Counted from the first letter of the stretch, positions 15,250-24,806 are shown. The stretch is DNA of 32,000 bases from Dubosiella newyorkensis (GCF_001945605.1 NZ_MPKA01000090.1:29323-61322), one strand, 5' to 3'. The notes: generated by a model not told the origin, from the letters alone. Numbers and translations are program-made.

Positions 15250-15981
15250 GTGAACCCATATTATCGATCGCTCTTGAAGGAGCTTGAACAGATGATCCAG
15301 GAAGGAAAATATCAAGAAGTGTTCAATCTAGCAAAAGAAGAGCTAGAACTTCCTTATGTCCCTTTGGATGCGATGCATTCGCTTGAAAAGATCGAACAAG
15401 AATGCCTTGAAAACACGGATGAACCGATTGTTTCTAGCTCGATCGAATTAAGTCAGTTATGCGAAGGTAATGAGCTTCAAAAGGAAAAGGCGGTCAATCT
15501 CTTAAAAACCACGAATTTAAGGATGCACGAAGCGGAAGTTCAGAAACTGCTTGATTCTTCTCTTTTGGATGAGTTCAAAGGAGAATTGATCGAAGCTCTC
15601 ATGGAACAAAAAATCGACACTCCTTATCGTATCGAGAAAGAGGGATTGGAGATCACCTTCGTTCCATCTTTGATCGTTTCCTCTCAAGACGACCCCACGA
15701 TGCAAAGCGTGCGCTCTTTATTTGAGGCGTGGTTCTCGAACAATGATCCTTCGATGCTTGCATTTTGCATCCGTTTGCTCGAACAAGAACGTTATGAAAT
15801 GCTGCCTTACGATATGAGCGATCTAGACCCGCTCGTATTGGCGAAAAATATTGTGCGACTTGTTTACGAAGCAATGTCTCAAGAGGATGCGTTAGCACAG
15901 TTTTACGAAAAAAATGGACTTGAAAAAGTCGAAAATACTACTTTATTTATTGAAAAGCGAGGAGAATCTTATGAAAAGTAA
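15250..15981 (+). CDS. Hypothetical acidic helical protein (243 aa)
   Basis: GTG start lies 5 nt after AAGGAGG (15238-15244). Codon and GATC usage is native. The 3' end overlaps the tig start by 11 nt. From memory, the N-terminus (YYRSLLKELEQMIQEGKYQEVFNLAKEELELPYVP) is faintly reminiscent of DUF3196; this is unverified. Confidence 0.6.
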   Translation: MNPYYRSLLKELEQMIQEGKYQEVFNLAKEELELPYVPLDAMHSLEKIEQECLENTDEPIVSSSIELSQLCEGNELQKEKAVNLLKTTNLRMHEAEVQKLLDSSLLDEFKGELIEALMEQKIDTPYRIEKEGLEITFVPSLIVSSQDDPTMQSVRSLFEAWFSNNDPSMLAFCIRLLEQERYEMLPYDMSDLDPLVLAKNIVRLVYEAMSQEDALAQFYEKNGLEKVENTTLFIEKRGESYEK

Positions 15982-17254
15982 TTGGACAATCGATAAGAAC
16001 TCAACAGGCGTGTTGAGTGTTACAGTAGATGCAGAGGAATGGCAAAAAGCACAAAAAAAGGCATTCAATAAATTGAAATCCGGTCTTACGCTCAAAGGCT
16101 TCAGAAAAGGCCAAATTCCTGATGCGGTCGCTAAAAAAACGATCGGTTCTCAGCATATCCAAGAAGCAGCTATCGATGAGATCGCAAACGATGCCTTGCA
16201 GGCAGGAATCAAAGAGTTTGACTTGGATCTAGTCTCTCGTCCAATCTTGACGGTCAGCAAATTAGGCGATGACGAAGCGGTTCTTGATTTCACATGCACA
16301 GTTTCACCGGAAGTTACGTTAGGCGACTACACTTCGATTCGGATCGAAAAACCAGAAGTGAGCGTAAGCGAAGAGGAAGTGGATGCCGAAGTCAAGCACT
16401 TACAAGACCGCTACGCAGACTGGGTACTTCGTGAAGAAGGAGAGCCTGCGCAGATCGGCGATCAAGTGACGATCGATTTTGTCGGTGAAAAAGATGGGAT
16501 CCCATTTGAAGGCGGAGCTGGAAACGATTATCCATTAGTACTCGGTTCGAACACGTTCATCCCTGGATTCGAAGATCAGCTTGTAGGGATCAAGAGCGGC
16601 GAAGAAAAGGATATCGAAGTGACATTCCCGGTAGACTATCAAGCTCCAGATCTAGCTGGACAAGCCGTGATCTTTAAAGTCAAAGCCCATGATATCAAAT
16701 ACAAGGAGCTTCCAGAAATCAATGACGAGCTCGTTAAGAATCTCAAACGTGATGGCGTTGAAACGGTTGAGCAATACAAAGAACAAGCTCGTAACGCTTT
16801 AGAAGAGCATAAGACAAAAGAAGCGGATGAAAAGTTCACAAACGAAGTACTTGCCGCTGTGGTCGAACAATCTTCCGTTGAGATCCCACAAGTAATGATC
16901 GACCAAGAAGTCAATAAAATGTATCAGCAATTCGAGCAACGAATGCAAAGCTCAGGCTTTACAGCGAAACAATTCTTGGAAGCGACTCACCAAAGCGAGC
17001 AAGATATCAAAGACCAAATGAAAGAAGAGGCGGCTAAACGAGTAAAAACAACATTGGTGCTCGAAGCGATCGCCAATAATGAACACATCGAAATTCCGAA
17101 AGAAAAAATCGATGAAGAATACAAATTAATGTCAGATATGTATCAAATGCCAGTGGAACAGATCAAGGCGATCATCGTTCCAGAAAACATTGAATACGAT
17201 CTGAAACAACAACAAGCGTTGGATCTGTTGAAGAAAACAGCGCAATCTGAATAA
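15971..17254 (+). CDS. tig: Trigger factor (ribosome-associated PPIase chaperone)
   Basis: The N-terminus MKSNWTIDKNSTGVLSVTVDAEEW...GFRKGQIP matches the trigger-factor ribosome-binding signature (GFRxGxxP). An FKBP domain (GDQVTIDFVGEKDGIPFEGG) follows. RBS GAGGAG lies before ATG 15971. The track's start at 15914 adds 19 unlikely residues. Confidence 0.9.
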   Translation: MKSNWTIDKNSTGVLSVTVDAEEWQKAQKKAFNKLKSGLTLKGFRKGQIPDAVAKKTIGSQHIQEAAIDEIANDALQAGIKEFDLDLVSRPILTVSKLGDDEAVLDFTCTVSPEVTLGDYTSIRIEKPEVSVSEEEVDAEVKHLQDRYADWVLREEGEPAQIGDQVTIDFVGEKDGIPFEGGAGNDYPLVLGSNTFIPGFEDQLVGIKSGEEKDIEVTFPVDYQAPDLAGQAVIFKVKAHDIKYKELPEINDELVKNLKRDGVETVEQYKEQARNALEEHKTKEADEKFTNEVLAAVVEQSSVEIPQVMIDQEVNKMYQQFEQRMQSSGFTAKQFLEATHQSEQDIKDQMKEEAAKRVKTTLVLEAIANNEHIEIPKEKIDEEYKLMSDMYQMPVEQIKAIIVPENIEYDLKQQQALDLLKKTAQSE

Positions 17255-17257
17255 GAT

Positions 17258-17282
17258 CAAAAAGACGCTAGGCGTCTTTTTT
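17258..17282 (+). terminator. Rho-independent terminator after tig
   Basis: AAAAAGACGC-tag-GCGTCTTTTTT, 4 nt after the tig stop. Confidence 0.75.
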
Positions 17283-17307
17283 GCTCATAAAGAAAAGGAG
17301 GATCTGG

Positions 17308-19620
17308 ATGAGTGATAAAATCTATCCTTTGATCTGCACCCGAGGGGTGATCATATTTCCAAATCAGGAAATCGTAATTGATGTAGGAAGAGAGGCTTCC
17401 TTAAAAGCAATTGAAAACGCGCAAGACAATTATGATGATCAAATCGTATTGTTTTCGCAAAAAAAGATGGATCAAGAAAATCCGCAAGAAGACGATATCT
17501 ACCATGTAGGAACTTTATGCGAAATCCGTCATGTTCGTCGTTTCGATAAGTTTTTGCGTGTGAAATTCCGCGGATTATCCCGCGTACGCCTGAAAAAGTG
17601 GATCGATGGATCCCTATCAGAAATGGCGCACGTCGAATTATTACCAAGTGTAAGGGAAGATGAGACGGAAGAGAGCGCGCTTGTGCGAATGATCGCTTCG
17701 TCTTTTGAACAAATGCATCCTGGGGAACGATTTGTTTCGAAAGATCTCATGATCGAGCTTTCCAAGGGTGTTGGAGCCGACGCACTATCCGATAAAGCGG
17801 TCCAGGCGTTTCCTCTTCCTGTCGAACGCAAGCAACAATACCTTGAAACGACAGGAATCAATGAACGTTTGATCATGCTTCTTCAAGATCTTGAAAAAGA
17901 AAAGAAGATGTCGGAAGTTGAAAAGAAGATCAACGAGACTGTAAAAGAGCGGATCGATCAAGGACAAAAGGACTACTATTTACGAGAGAAGATCCATGCG
18001 ATCCGGGAAGAGCTTGGCGACGTGGTCGAAGCCGACAAAGACGCGGAATCGATCCGGAAACGTTTGGACGAAAATCCATACCCAGAATATATCAAGACAA
18101 AAGTCAAAGACGAGCTCGCTCGCTATGAAATGCTTCCGCAAGCAAGCGGCGAGACGGGCGTCATCAAGACGTATATCGATTGGCTGATGGATCTTCCTTG
18201 GTGGCAGCAAACAGAAGACAATGAGAATTTGAACGAAGCCCAAAAGATCTTGGATGAAGATCATTATGGACTTGATAAAGTCAAAGAGCGGATCATGGAG
18301 TACCTCGCTGTCAAACAAATGACAAACTCTTTGAAAGCGCCGATCATTTGTCTAGTCGGTCCTCCAGGAGTCGGAAAAACATCTCTAGCCCGCAGCGTGG
18401 CTCGGGCGCTCGATCGTCATTTTGTGAAAATGTCGCTAGGCGGCGTTCGTGATGAAGCCGAAATAAGAGGACATCGCCGTACATATTTAGGCGCCCTTCC
18501 TGGCAGGATCATTCAAGGCATGAAAAAGGCAGAAGTGATCAATCCGGTCTTCTTGATCGACGAGATCGATAAGATGGCTTCTGATTATAAAGGCGATCCT
18601 TCCAGCGCCATGCTCGAAGTGCTCGATCCTGAACAAAATTCGGTTTTCTCCGATCACTATATCGAAGAGCCTTATGATCTAAGCAAAGTGCTTTTTATCG
18701 CGACCGCAAACTACTTGGAAAATATTCCGCCAGCTTTGCAGGATCGTCTTGAGATCATCCAGCTAAGCTCTTATACGGACGCGGAAAAAGTCAATATCGC
18801 CAAGCGGCATTTGCTTCCTAAACAAATGAAAGAAAATGGGTTGAAGGAAGGCCAGCTGCAAATCGATGACGATATGCTTTTGTACTTGGTCCGTTATTAT
18901 ACTAGAGAAGCCGGTGTGCGGCAATTAGAACGTACGATCGCGACGATTTGTCGCAAAACAGTCTTGGCGATCTTGAAAGATCATGAAGAAAAGATTGTCC
19001 TGAACAAAGAACTTATCCATAAATGGCTAGGAAACGAAAAAGTCGAATACGGTCAAAAAGAAAAAGAAGATCAAGTAGGTACGGTCACAGGACTTGCTTA
19101 CACCTCATTTGGCGGCGATGTCCTTCAGATCGAAGCGAACCGCTTCCAAGGTTCTGGTAAACTGATCTTGACGGGGAAATTAGGCGATGTCATGAAAGAA
19201 TCCGCGACGATCGCACTCGACTATGTACGCGCGCACGCCAAGGAATATGGCATCGACCCGCAAATCTTCGAAAAACAAGATATCCACATCCACGTTCCAG
19301 AAGGAGCGGTTCCTAAAGATGGTCCAAGCGCAGGGGTCACGATGACTACGGCTCTGGTCTCCTGCCTAAGCGATCAGCCTGTCAAAGCCAACCTCGCCAT
19401 GACTGGTGAAGTGACTTTGAGAGGGAACGTTCTGCCAATCGGCGGATTGAAAGAGAAATCATTAGCCGCGCACCGTTCAGGAATCACAACGATCTTGATT
19501 CCGAAAGCGAATGTTAAGGATCTTGACGAAGTTCCGGAAGAAGTTAAGAAGTCCGTAACATTTATTCCAGTCAGCACGGTGGAGGAAGTGTTGAAAAACG
19601 CTCTAGTAGCTTATGAATAG
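17308..19620 (+). CDS. lon: ATP-dependent Lon protease (LonA type)
   Basis: A Lon N-domain is present, with Walker A GPPGVGKTS, Walker B VFLIDEIDK and protease Ser motif PKDGPSAGVTM...K. RBS AAAAGGAGG lies before ATG 17308 (the track starts at an upstream TTG). Confidence 0.95.
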   Translation: MSDKIYPLICTRGVIIFPNQEIVIDVGREASLKAIENAQDNYDDQIVLFSQKKMDQENPQEDDIYHVGTLCEIRHVRRFDKFLRVKFRGLSRVRLKKWIDGSLSEMAHVELLPSVREDETEESALVRMIASSFEQMHPGERFVSKDLMIELSKGVGADALSDKAVQAFPLPVERKQQYLETTGINERLIMLLQDLEKEKKMSEVEKKINETVKERIDQGQKDYYLREKIHAIREELGDVVEADKDAESIRKRLDENPYPEYIKTKVKDELARYEMLPQASGETGVIKTYIDWLMDLPWWQQTEDNENLNEAQKILDEDHYGLDKVKERIMEYLAVKQMTNSLKAPIICLVGPPGVGKTSLARSVARALDRHFVKMSLGGVRDEAEIRGHRRTYLGALPGRIIQGMKKAEVINPVFLIDEIDKMASDYKGDPSSAMLEVLDPEQNSVFSDHYIEEPYDLSKVLFIATANYLENIPPALQDRLEIIQLSSYTDAEKVNIAKRHLLPKQMKENGLKEGQLQIDDDMLLYLVRYYTREAGVRQLERTIATICRKTVLAILKDHEEKIVLNKELIHKWLGNEKVEYGQKEKEDQVGTVTGLAYTSFGGDVLQIEANRFQGSGKLILTGKLGDVMKESATIALDYVRAHAKEYGIDPQIFEKQDIHIHVPEGAVPKDGPSAGVTMTTALVSCLSDQPVKANLAMTGEVTLRGNVLPIGGLKEKSLAAHRSGITTILIPKANVKDLDEVPEEVKKSVTFIPVSTVEEVLKNALVAYE

Positions 19621-20209
19621 TGAATTTTTAACGAGCGCGACAAAAGAAGGAGAGTATCCGGAAGCCGATCGCCCTGAAGTTGTCGTGGTGGGACGAAGCA
19701 ATGTTGGGAAAAGTTCGTTTATCAACGCGTTCACGAATCGAAAAAAACTCGCTTATGTCGGAAACACGCCAGGGAAAACACAGCTGATCAACTTCTTTAT
19801 GATCGACGGCGCTTGGTATTTAGTCGATGTTCCAGGTTATGGATACGCAAAATTATCAAAAGCGCAAATCGCGAAATTAGGAAGAATGATGGATGAGTAT
19901 TTTCTCAAACGGAAAAATTTGACATGTGTCGTTCAATTGGTCGACGCGCGTCACGATCCATCGAAAGACGATATGGAAATGGTCGATTTTTTTAAAGAGA
20001 TGCACATTCCGATCGTCGCCGTCGCGACAAAGATCGATAAGATCCCTAAAACAAAACGGATCAATCATTTAAAAAAGATCTCGCAAAAGCTTCAGATCCC
20101 TCTTGCTCATATTTTTGCCGTCTCTTCCACCGAGAAGATCGGCTTTGAGCAGGTCGAAGAGGAGCTACAAAAACGAATCGAACAAGCAAAAAAGATGGAC
20201 AAGCAATGA
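19613..20209 (+). CDS. engB: Ribosome-biogenesis GTPase EngB/YsxC/YihA
   Basis: G1 is GRSNVGKSSFINA, G3 is DVPGYGYA, G4 is TKIDK. The start overlaps the lon stop by 8 nt. lon followed by ysxC is the B. subtilis order. Confidence 0.9.
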   Translation: MNSEFLTSATKEGEYPEADRPEVVVVGRSNVGKSSFINAFTNRKKLAYVGNTPGKTQLINFFMIDGAWYLVDVPGYGYAKLSKAQIAKLGRMMDEYFLKRKNLTCVVQLVDARHDPSKDDMEMVDFFKEMHIPIVAVATKIDKIPKTKRINHLKKISQKLQIPLAHIFAVSSTEKIGFEQVEEELQKRIEQAKKMDKQ

Positions 20210-20221
20210 TCCATCTTTTTT
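20190..20221. terminator. Bidirectional terminator between convergent engB and nadE
   Basis: AAAAGATGGA-caagcaatga-TCCATCTTTTTT: a 10-bp perfect stem. The loop contains the engB stop codon. Confidence 0.65.
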
Positions 20222-20226
20222 AATTG

Positions 20227-22152
20227 CTATAATTGTTCGACTTCTCGCATCCATAGCCGAACAGAAGCGTCGCTTGGCATCCGCCAATCTCCACGAGGAG
20301 AAAAAGAAATCGTACCGACTTTTACGCCATCTGGCATGACGTTTCGTTTAAATTGTTGAGTAAAAAAACGACGATAAAACGTTCGAAGAGCTTCTAAGAT
20401 CACAGAAGTCTCGATCGATGGGAAAGCGGATCTTGCCAACGCAAAGATCTTTTTTGGCGATTCATGATAACGAAGCATATGATACAAAAAGAAATCATGC
20501 AAATCGTAGCTTCCAAGAACTTCCTCGGTCTTTTGAGCAATCTTGCCGCTTTCATCTAAAGGAAGAAGTTCTGGAGAGACTGGAGTATCGCAAATATCGA
20601 GAAGTACAGCGGCTAAAGTAACCTCTCCATCTTTTTTCGCTTTGATCGCCTCCGATTCAACGATATAACGGACTAATGTTTTCGGGACACTCACATTGAC
20701 CGCGTACATTGACATATGATCTCCATTGTACGTACACCATCCTAACGCAAGTTCAGAAAGATCCCCTGTGCCGATAACGATCCCATTGTATTTATTGGCT
20801 AGATCCATTAAAAGCATCGTCCGATATCGGGCTTGCGAGTTTTCGTACGTGATATCGTGATTCGACTCATCGTGGTCGATATCTTTAAAATGGGTCAGGA
20901 CCGCGTTTTGGATCGGGATCGTCTGGATCGAGACACCAAGTTCTTTCATCAGCTCCATCGCGTTGTTCTTTGTTCGGTCGCTTGTTCCAAAACCAGGCAT
21001 CGTGATCGCATGGATCCCTTTGACATTGAGTCCCAATAACTTAAAGGCTCGATACGTGACTAATAAAGCGAGCGTAGAATCCAATCCTCCGCTAATCCCG
21101 ATGATCGCGTTTTCGCAATGGATCTTCTTTAAGCGGGTAGCTAGTCCTTGCGCTTGGATCGTCAAGATCTTTTGGCATCGCTCAAGCCGCTTGGCTGAAT
21201 CTTTTGGAACGAAAGGAAACGCGTCGATCCTTTCGATCAATTCAACTTCCTGGATCGGCATAGAAGCGTATTGGATATGGATATAGTCTGGTTTCGGCAT
21301 TCTAGAAAGACTCGTTTTAAAATGAAGTCGATCATTTTGTAGATGCTCCAGGTCGATCAAACCATAAATTACATCTTTAGGTTCGTAAAGACTTGATTGC
21401 GCGAGGATGCGGCCATTTTCAGCAATCACATCATGACCAGAAAAAACAAGATCCGAACTGCTTTCTTCCGCGCCCGCAGAAGCATATACATATCCCGCGT
21501 AGCAAGCTGCAGATTGATGCTTGATCAAAGAAAGACGGTACTCGTCTTTGCTGATGATATCGTTGCTCGCAGAACAATTTACAAGAATGTTAGCGCCTGC
21601 AAGCGCGTGATCGCTGCTCATTGGAATGCTGACCCATAGATCTTCACAAATCTCGATGCCAATGGTCGCGTTTGTCGTTTGATCATGAAAGACGATATGC
21701 TTGCTTAGCGGAACGATTTGGTCGCCTAAAACGATGCGATCGCATTTTAGCGTATCAGAGCTTGAAAACCAACGAGGTTCATAGTATTCGTTATAACCAG
21801 GAATAAACGACTTCACATAGATTCCAAGGATCTTTTGCTCGAACAAGAACGCGGCGCAATTATACAAAGTCCCCTCGATCAATAATGGAACACCTACAAC
21901 GCAAGCGAGGTTGACTGGCATTTCTTTCGCCATACGAAGAAGCTCTTTTTTCGCTTCACTCAAAAGCAGCGATTCATAAAACAAGTCTTGGCATGTATAG
22001 CCTGTGATCGCCAATTCGGGAAAAACGGCTAGCTGCGTATCATAATCCAAACGATGGAGGATATCGATCATCGCATCGACATTTTGATGCGGATCTCCAA
22101 TCGAGACCGGTGGAGTGATCGCAGCCACCTTATAATAGGAAAAACGGTCCAT
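20227..22152 (-). CDS. nadE: Glutamine-dependent NAD+ synthetase (CN-hydrolase domain plus NAD synthetase domain)
   Basis: The N-terminal nitrilase-type domain has EICEDLW (catalytic Cys). The C-terminal ATP-pyrophosphatase motif is ISGGLDSTL. Length is 641 aa. RBS is AAAAGGAGA. Confidence 0.9.
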   Translation of the reverse strand: MDRFSYYKVAAITPPVSIGDPHQNVDAMIDILHRLDYDTQLAVFPELAITGYTCQDLFYESLLLSEAKKELLRMAKEMPVNLACVVGVPLLIEGTLYNCAAFLFEQKILGIYVKSFIPGYNEYYEPRWFSSSDTLKCDRIVLGDQIVPLSKHIVFHDQTTNATIGIEICEDLWVSIPMSSDHALAGANILVNCSASNDIISKDEYRLSLIKHQSAACYAGYVYASAGAEESSSDLVFSGHDVIAENGRILAQSSLYEPKDVIYGLIDLEHLQNDRLHFKTSLSRMPKPDYIHIQYASMPIQEVELIERIDAFPFVPKDSAKRLERCQKILTIQAQGLATRLKKIHCENAIIGISGGLDSTLALLVTYRAFKLLGLNVKGIHAITMPGFGTSDRTKNNAMELMKELGVSIQTIPIQNAVLTHFKDIDHDESNHDITYENSQARYRTMLLMDLANKYNGIVIGTGDLSELALGWCTYNGDHMSMYAVNVSVPKTLVRYIVESEAIKAKKDGEVTLAAVLLDICDTPVSPELLPLDESGKIAQKTEEVLGSYDLHDFFLYHMLRYHESPKKIFALARSAFPSIETSVILEALRTFYRRFFTQQFKRNVMPDGVKVGTISFSPRGDWRMPSDASVRLWMREVEQL

Positions 22153-22164
22153 ACTATCTCCTTT

Positions 22165-22194
22165 TCAAAAAAACCATCGATCGCTCGATGGTTT
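22165..22194 (-). terminator. Rho-independent terminator after the hydrogenase gene, lying in the nadE leader
   Basis: The minus strand reads AAACCATCGA-gcga-TCGATGGTTTTTTT, ending about 12 nt before the nadE RBS. Confidence 0.75.
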
Positions 22195-22206
22195 CATTAT
22201 AACATC

Positions 22207-23724
22207 TTAGTTTTCCGCGAGTTCATGCAGACGGTCCGCGTATTGCGATTCATCTGAAGTTTTCTTCGCGTTTTCTGTCGCGTACCGTTTAACGGCCGCA
22301 CTTGACTTCGCGATCGGCTGCAACGTTCCAGCTCCCGCTACACAGCCTCCAGGGCAAGCCATACCTTCTAATAAATATCCATTCAAACGGCCTGCTTTGG
22401 CCATCATGAGCATCGTCTTGCAGTTTTTTAAACCTTCGGCCGCTTGCACCTTGACATTCATTTCCGGATGCTTTTTCTCGATCACGTTCTTGACCGCTTT
22501 CGCCACGCCACCGCTGACCGCAAAACCACGACCATCATTCGTGCCTGCTTCTAGAGGGGTCACATCTTCGATCGACAACAAGTTTACACCTTTCGCTTCG
22601 AACATACCCATCACTTCTTCGAAAGTGAGTACGAAATCAACATCGGAACGAACGGAATTTCTTGAAGCCTCGAGCTTTTTCGCCGCGCAAGGACCGATGA
22701 AAACAACTTTACAGTTTGGATCGTCCTTCTTGATCATACGGGCAGTCAAGACCATAGGGGTAAGCGCCATCGAGATATAAGGAGCGAATTGCGGGAATTC
22801 CTTTTTCGCCATCACAGACCACGCAGGGCAGCAGCTTGTGGCCATGAATGGTTGTTTTTCGGGCACTTTGTCAAGGAAGTCTTCCGCTTCTTCGATCGTA
22901 CATAAATCGGCGCCGATCGCAACTTCCACGACATCCGCGAATCCAAGCTCCATCAAAGCCGCTTTGACTTTATCCGGAGTTACAGTAGGGCCAAATTGGC
23001 CGACGAAAGCAGGAGCGATCGCAGCAACCACACGTTCCCCTTGCTTGATCGAATAGATCGTTTGGAAGATCTGACCTTTATCGACGATCGCGCCAAATGG
23101 ACAATTGACAAGACACATGCCGCAGCTTACACATTTATCGTAATTGATTTTTGCTTTTCCATCTTCATCGCTCGTGATCGCATTCATTCCACAGCTGGCT
23201 GCGCAAGGACGCTCGATCTTGATAATCGCCGAATATGGACAAGCTTCCATACATTTTCCGCATTTGATACATTTATCTTGATCGATCTTGGAGTGCCCAT
23301 CAACGATATGGATCGCGTCTTTAGGACAAACTTCCGTGCATTGATGCGACAAGCAGCCTTGACATCCGTTTGTCACGAACACTTTTTTCTCAGGACAGCC
23401 ATGACAAGCGAAATTAATGATATTGACAAGAGGATCATCATAGTATTTCGTAGCGATAACGCTCTCTTCGATTCCATCGCTCAAAGCGCCATATTCTCCC
23501 ATTTCACGAAGGGGAAGGCCCATTCCAACACGCAATCTTTCGCCAATGACAGCTCGCTCTAAAAAGATCGAGTTTCTATATTTTGCTTTTGTTCCTGGAA
23601 GGATCTCGTAGGGGATCTCTTCGATGCGTTTTGCATAGTCTGTTACATCGTCGTAGGCCATTTTCGCAATTTCCGAAAAAACCTTTCTTCGAATATCAGT
23701 AACCGAATTATAAATTCCTCTCAT
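22207..23724 (-). CDS. [FeFe]-hydrogenase catalytic-subunit homologue with N-terminal ferredoxin-like clusters
   Basis: H-cluster motifs are P1 TSCCPAW, P2 GPCAAKKLE and P3 EGMACPGGCVAGAG. Upstream are two CxxCxxCxxxCP 4Fe-4S motifs (CIKCGKCMEACP, CVSCGMCLVNCP) and an extra Cys cluster CHGC...CQGC...C...C. RBS is AAGGAG. Confidence 0.8.
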   Translation of the reverse strand: MRGIYNSVTDIRRKVFSEIAKMAYDDVTDYAKRIEEIPYEILPGTKAKYRNSIFLERAVIGERLRVGMGLPLREMGEYGALSDGIEESVIATKYYDDPLVNIINFACHGCPEKKVFVTNGCQGCLSHQCTEVCPKDAIHIVDGHSKIDQDKCIKCGKCMEACPYSAIIKIERPCAASCGMNAITSDEDGKAKINYDKCVSCGMCLVNCPFGAIVDKGQIFQTIYSIKQGERVVAAIAPAFVGQFGPTVTPDKVKAALMELGFADVVEVAIGADLCTIEEAEDFLDKVPEKQPFMATSCCPAWSVMAKKEFPQFAPYISMALTPMVLTARMIKKDDPNCKVVFIGPCAAKKLEASRNSVRSDVDFVLTFEEVMGMFEAKGVNLLSIEDVTPLEAGTNDGRGFAVSGGVAKAVKNVIEKKHPEMNVKVQAAEGLKNCKTMLMMAKAGRLNGYLLEGMACPGGCVAGAGTLQPIAKSSAAVKRYATENAKKTSDESQYADRLHELAEN

Positions 23725-23893
23725 AGTTTACTCCTTCTTACTGCCGTTGCTTCCGGCTGACTTTCTATATTATATCGAAAAAGCCGAAAACAGGAAACCT
23801 CATTCGTGAAAAAATTAACGAAATCGAACAAGAAGGAAAAAAAGTAAAACAGAGATATACTAAAAATAAACGAAACACGAAAGGATTCCATAT

Positions 23894-24763
23894 ATGAAAG
23901 AATTAACGATCCAAGTCAATGACGCCAACCAGCGACTTGATAAATTTTTATTTAAAACATTTCCAGAGCTCAAATCCGGGATGCTCTATAAAGCACTGCG
24001 TAAAAAGAAGATCAAGATCAATCGAAAACGGGCAAACTACGACCAAATGCTGCAAGCAGGAGACCAGCTTCAGCTATTTTTGCCCGACGATATCCTCCAA
24101 GAAAAACAAGTATATCTTCAAAAAAACGCCCAACTGAATGTCGTTTATGAAGATGATAATATCGTAGTGATCGACAAGCCGGCCGGCCTGCTTTCTCAAA
24201 GCAGTAAAGAACAAGAAGACTGCGTCGTGGAACGACTCAAGAGCTATCTCTATCAAAAAAAAGAATACGATCCAAAAAGCGAACACCATTTTACACCTTC
24301 GATCTGCAATCGACTCGACCGCAATACGTCTGGCTTGATCATTGGAGCTAAAAACGCCTACGCAAGCCGCGAAATCAATGCGGCGATCCAAGATCACCAT
24401 ATTCATAAATACTATAATGCCTATGTAGAAGGCCATGTGGAAAAAGAAGGCTTGATCGTTCTCTATCTTCAAAAACGAGAGACGAAAGCCTATATTTCAC
24501 CGACCTTTAAAGAAGGCTACCAAAAGGCGGTCATGAAAATCTATCCATATAAGTATGAAAACGGAAACACTTGGATCAAAGTCGAATTGATCACGGGAAG
24601 ATTTCATCAGATCCGGGCATCAATGGCCTATCTAGGACATCCTTTAGTGGGCGACCAAAAATATGGCTCCTTGTCTAGCGAAGACATGAAGCTGGACGCG
24701 TACAAAATCAAGATCGATCCGATCGAAATGGAATTTGAAACCAACGAATTTACAAAAAAATAA
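23894..24763 (+). CDS. RluA-family pseudouridine synthase with N-terminal S4 domain
   Basis: S4-like QRLDKFLFKTF...KKIKINRKR is followed by the catalytic motif NRLDRNTSGLIIG and by GRFHQIRASMAYLGHPLVGDQKYG. Confidence 0.85.
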   Translation: MKELTIQVNDANQRLDKFLFKTFPELKSGMLYKALRKKKIKINRKRANYDQMLQAGDQLQLFLPDDILQEKQVYLQKNAQLNVVYEDDNIVVIDKPAGLLSQSSKEQEDCVVERLKSYLYQKKEYDPKSEHHFTPSICNRLDRNTSGLIIGAKNAYASREINAAIQDHHIHKYYNAYVEGHVEKEGLIVLYLQKRETKAYISPTFKEGYQKAVMKIYPYKYENGNTWIKVELITGRFHQIRASMAYLGHPLVGDQKYGSLSSEDMKLDAYKIKIDPIEMEFETNEFTKK

Positions 24764-24806
24764 GAAATAGGAACCAAAACGCTTCAAAAAGTCGTATTTA
24801 TAAGAT

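Noticed and set aside
15914-17307. Longer N-terminal extensions of tig (start 15914) and lon (TTG 17281) given in the ORF track
   Set aside because: The internal ATGs at 15971 and 17308 have proper RBSs and yield N-termini that align with canonical trigger factor and Lon. The lon extension would also run through the tig terminator.
22397-23562. Three antisense ORFs (127, 72 and 188 aa) opposite the hydrogenase gene
   Set aside because: The hydrogenase frame carries unambiguous H-cluster and ferredoxin motifs. The antisense products have no motifs or RBSs.
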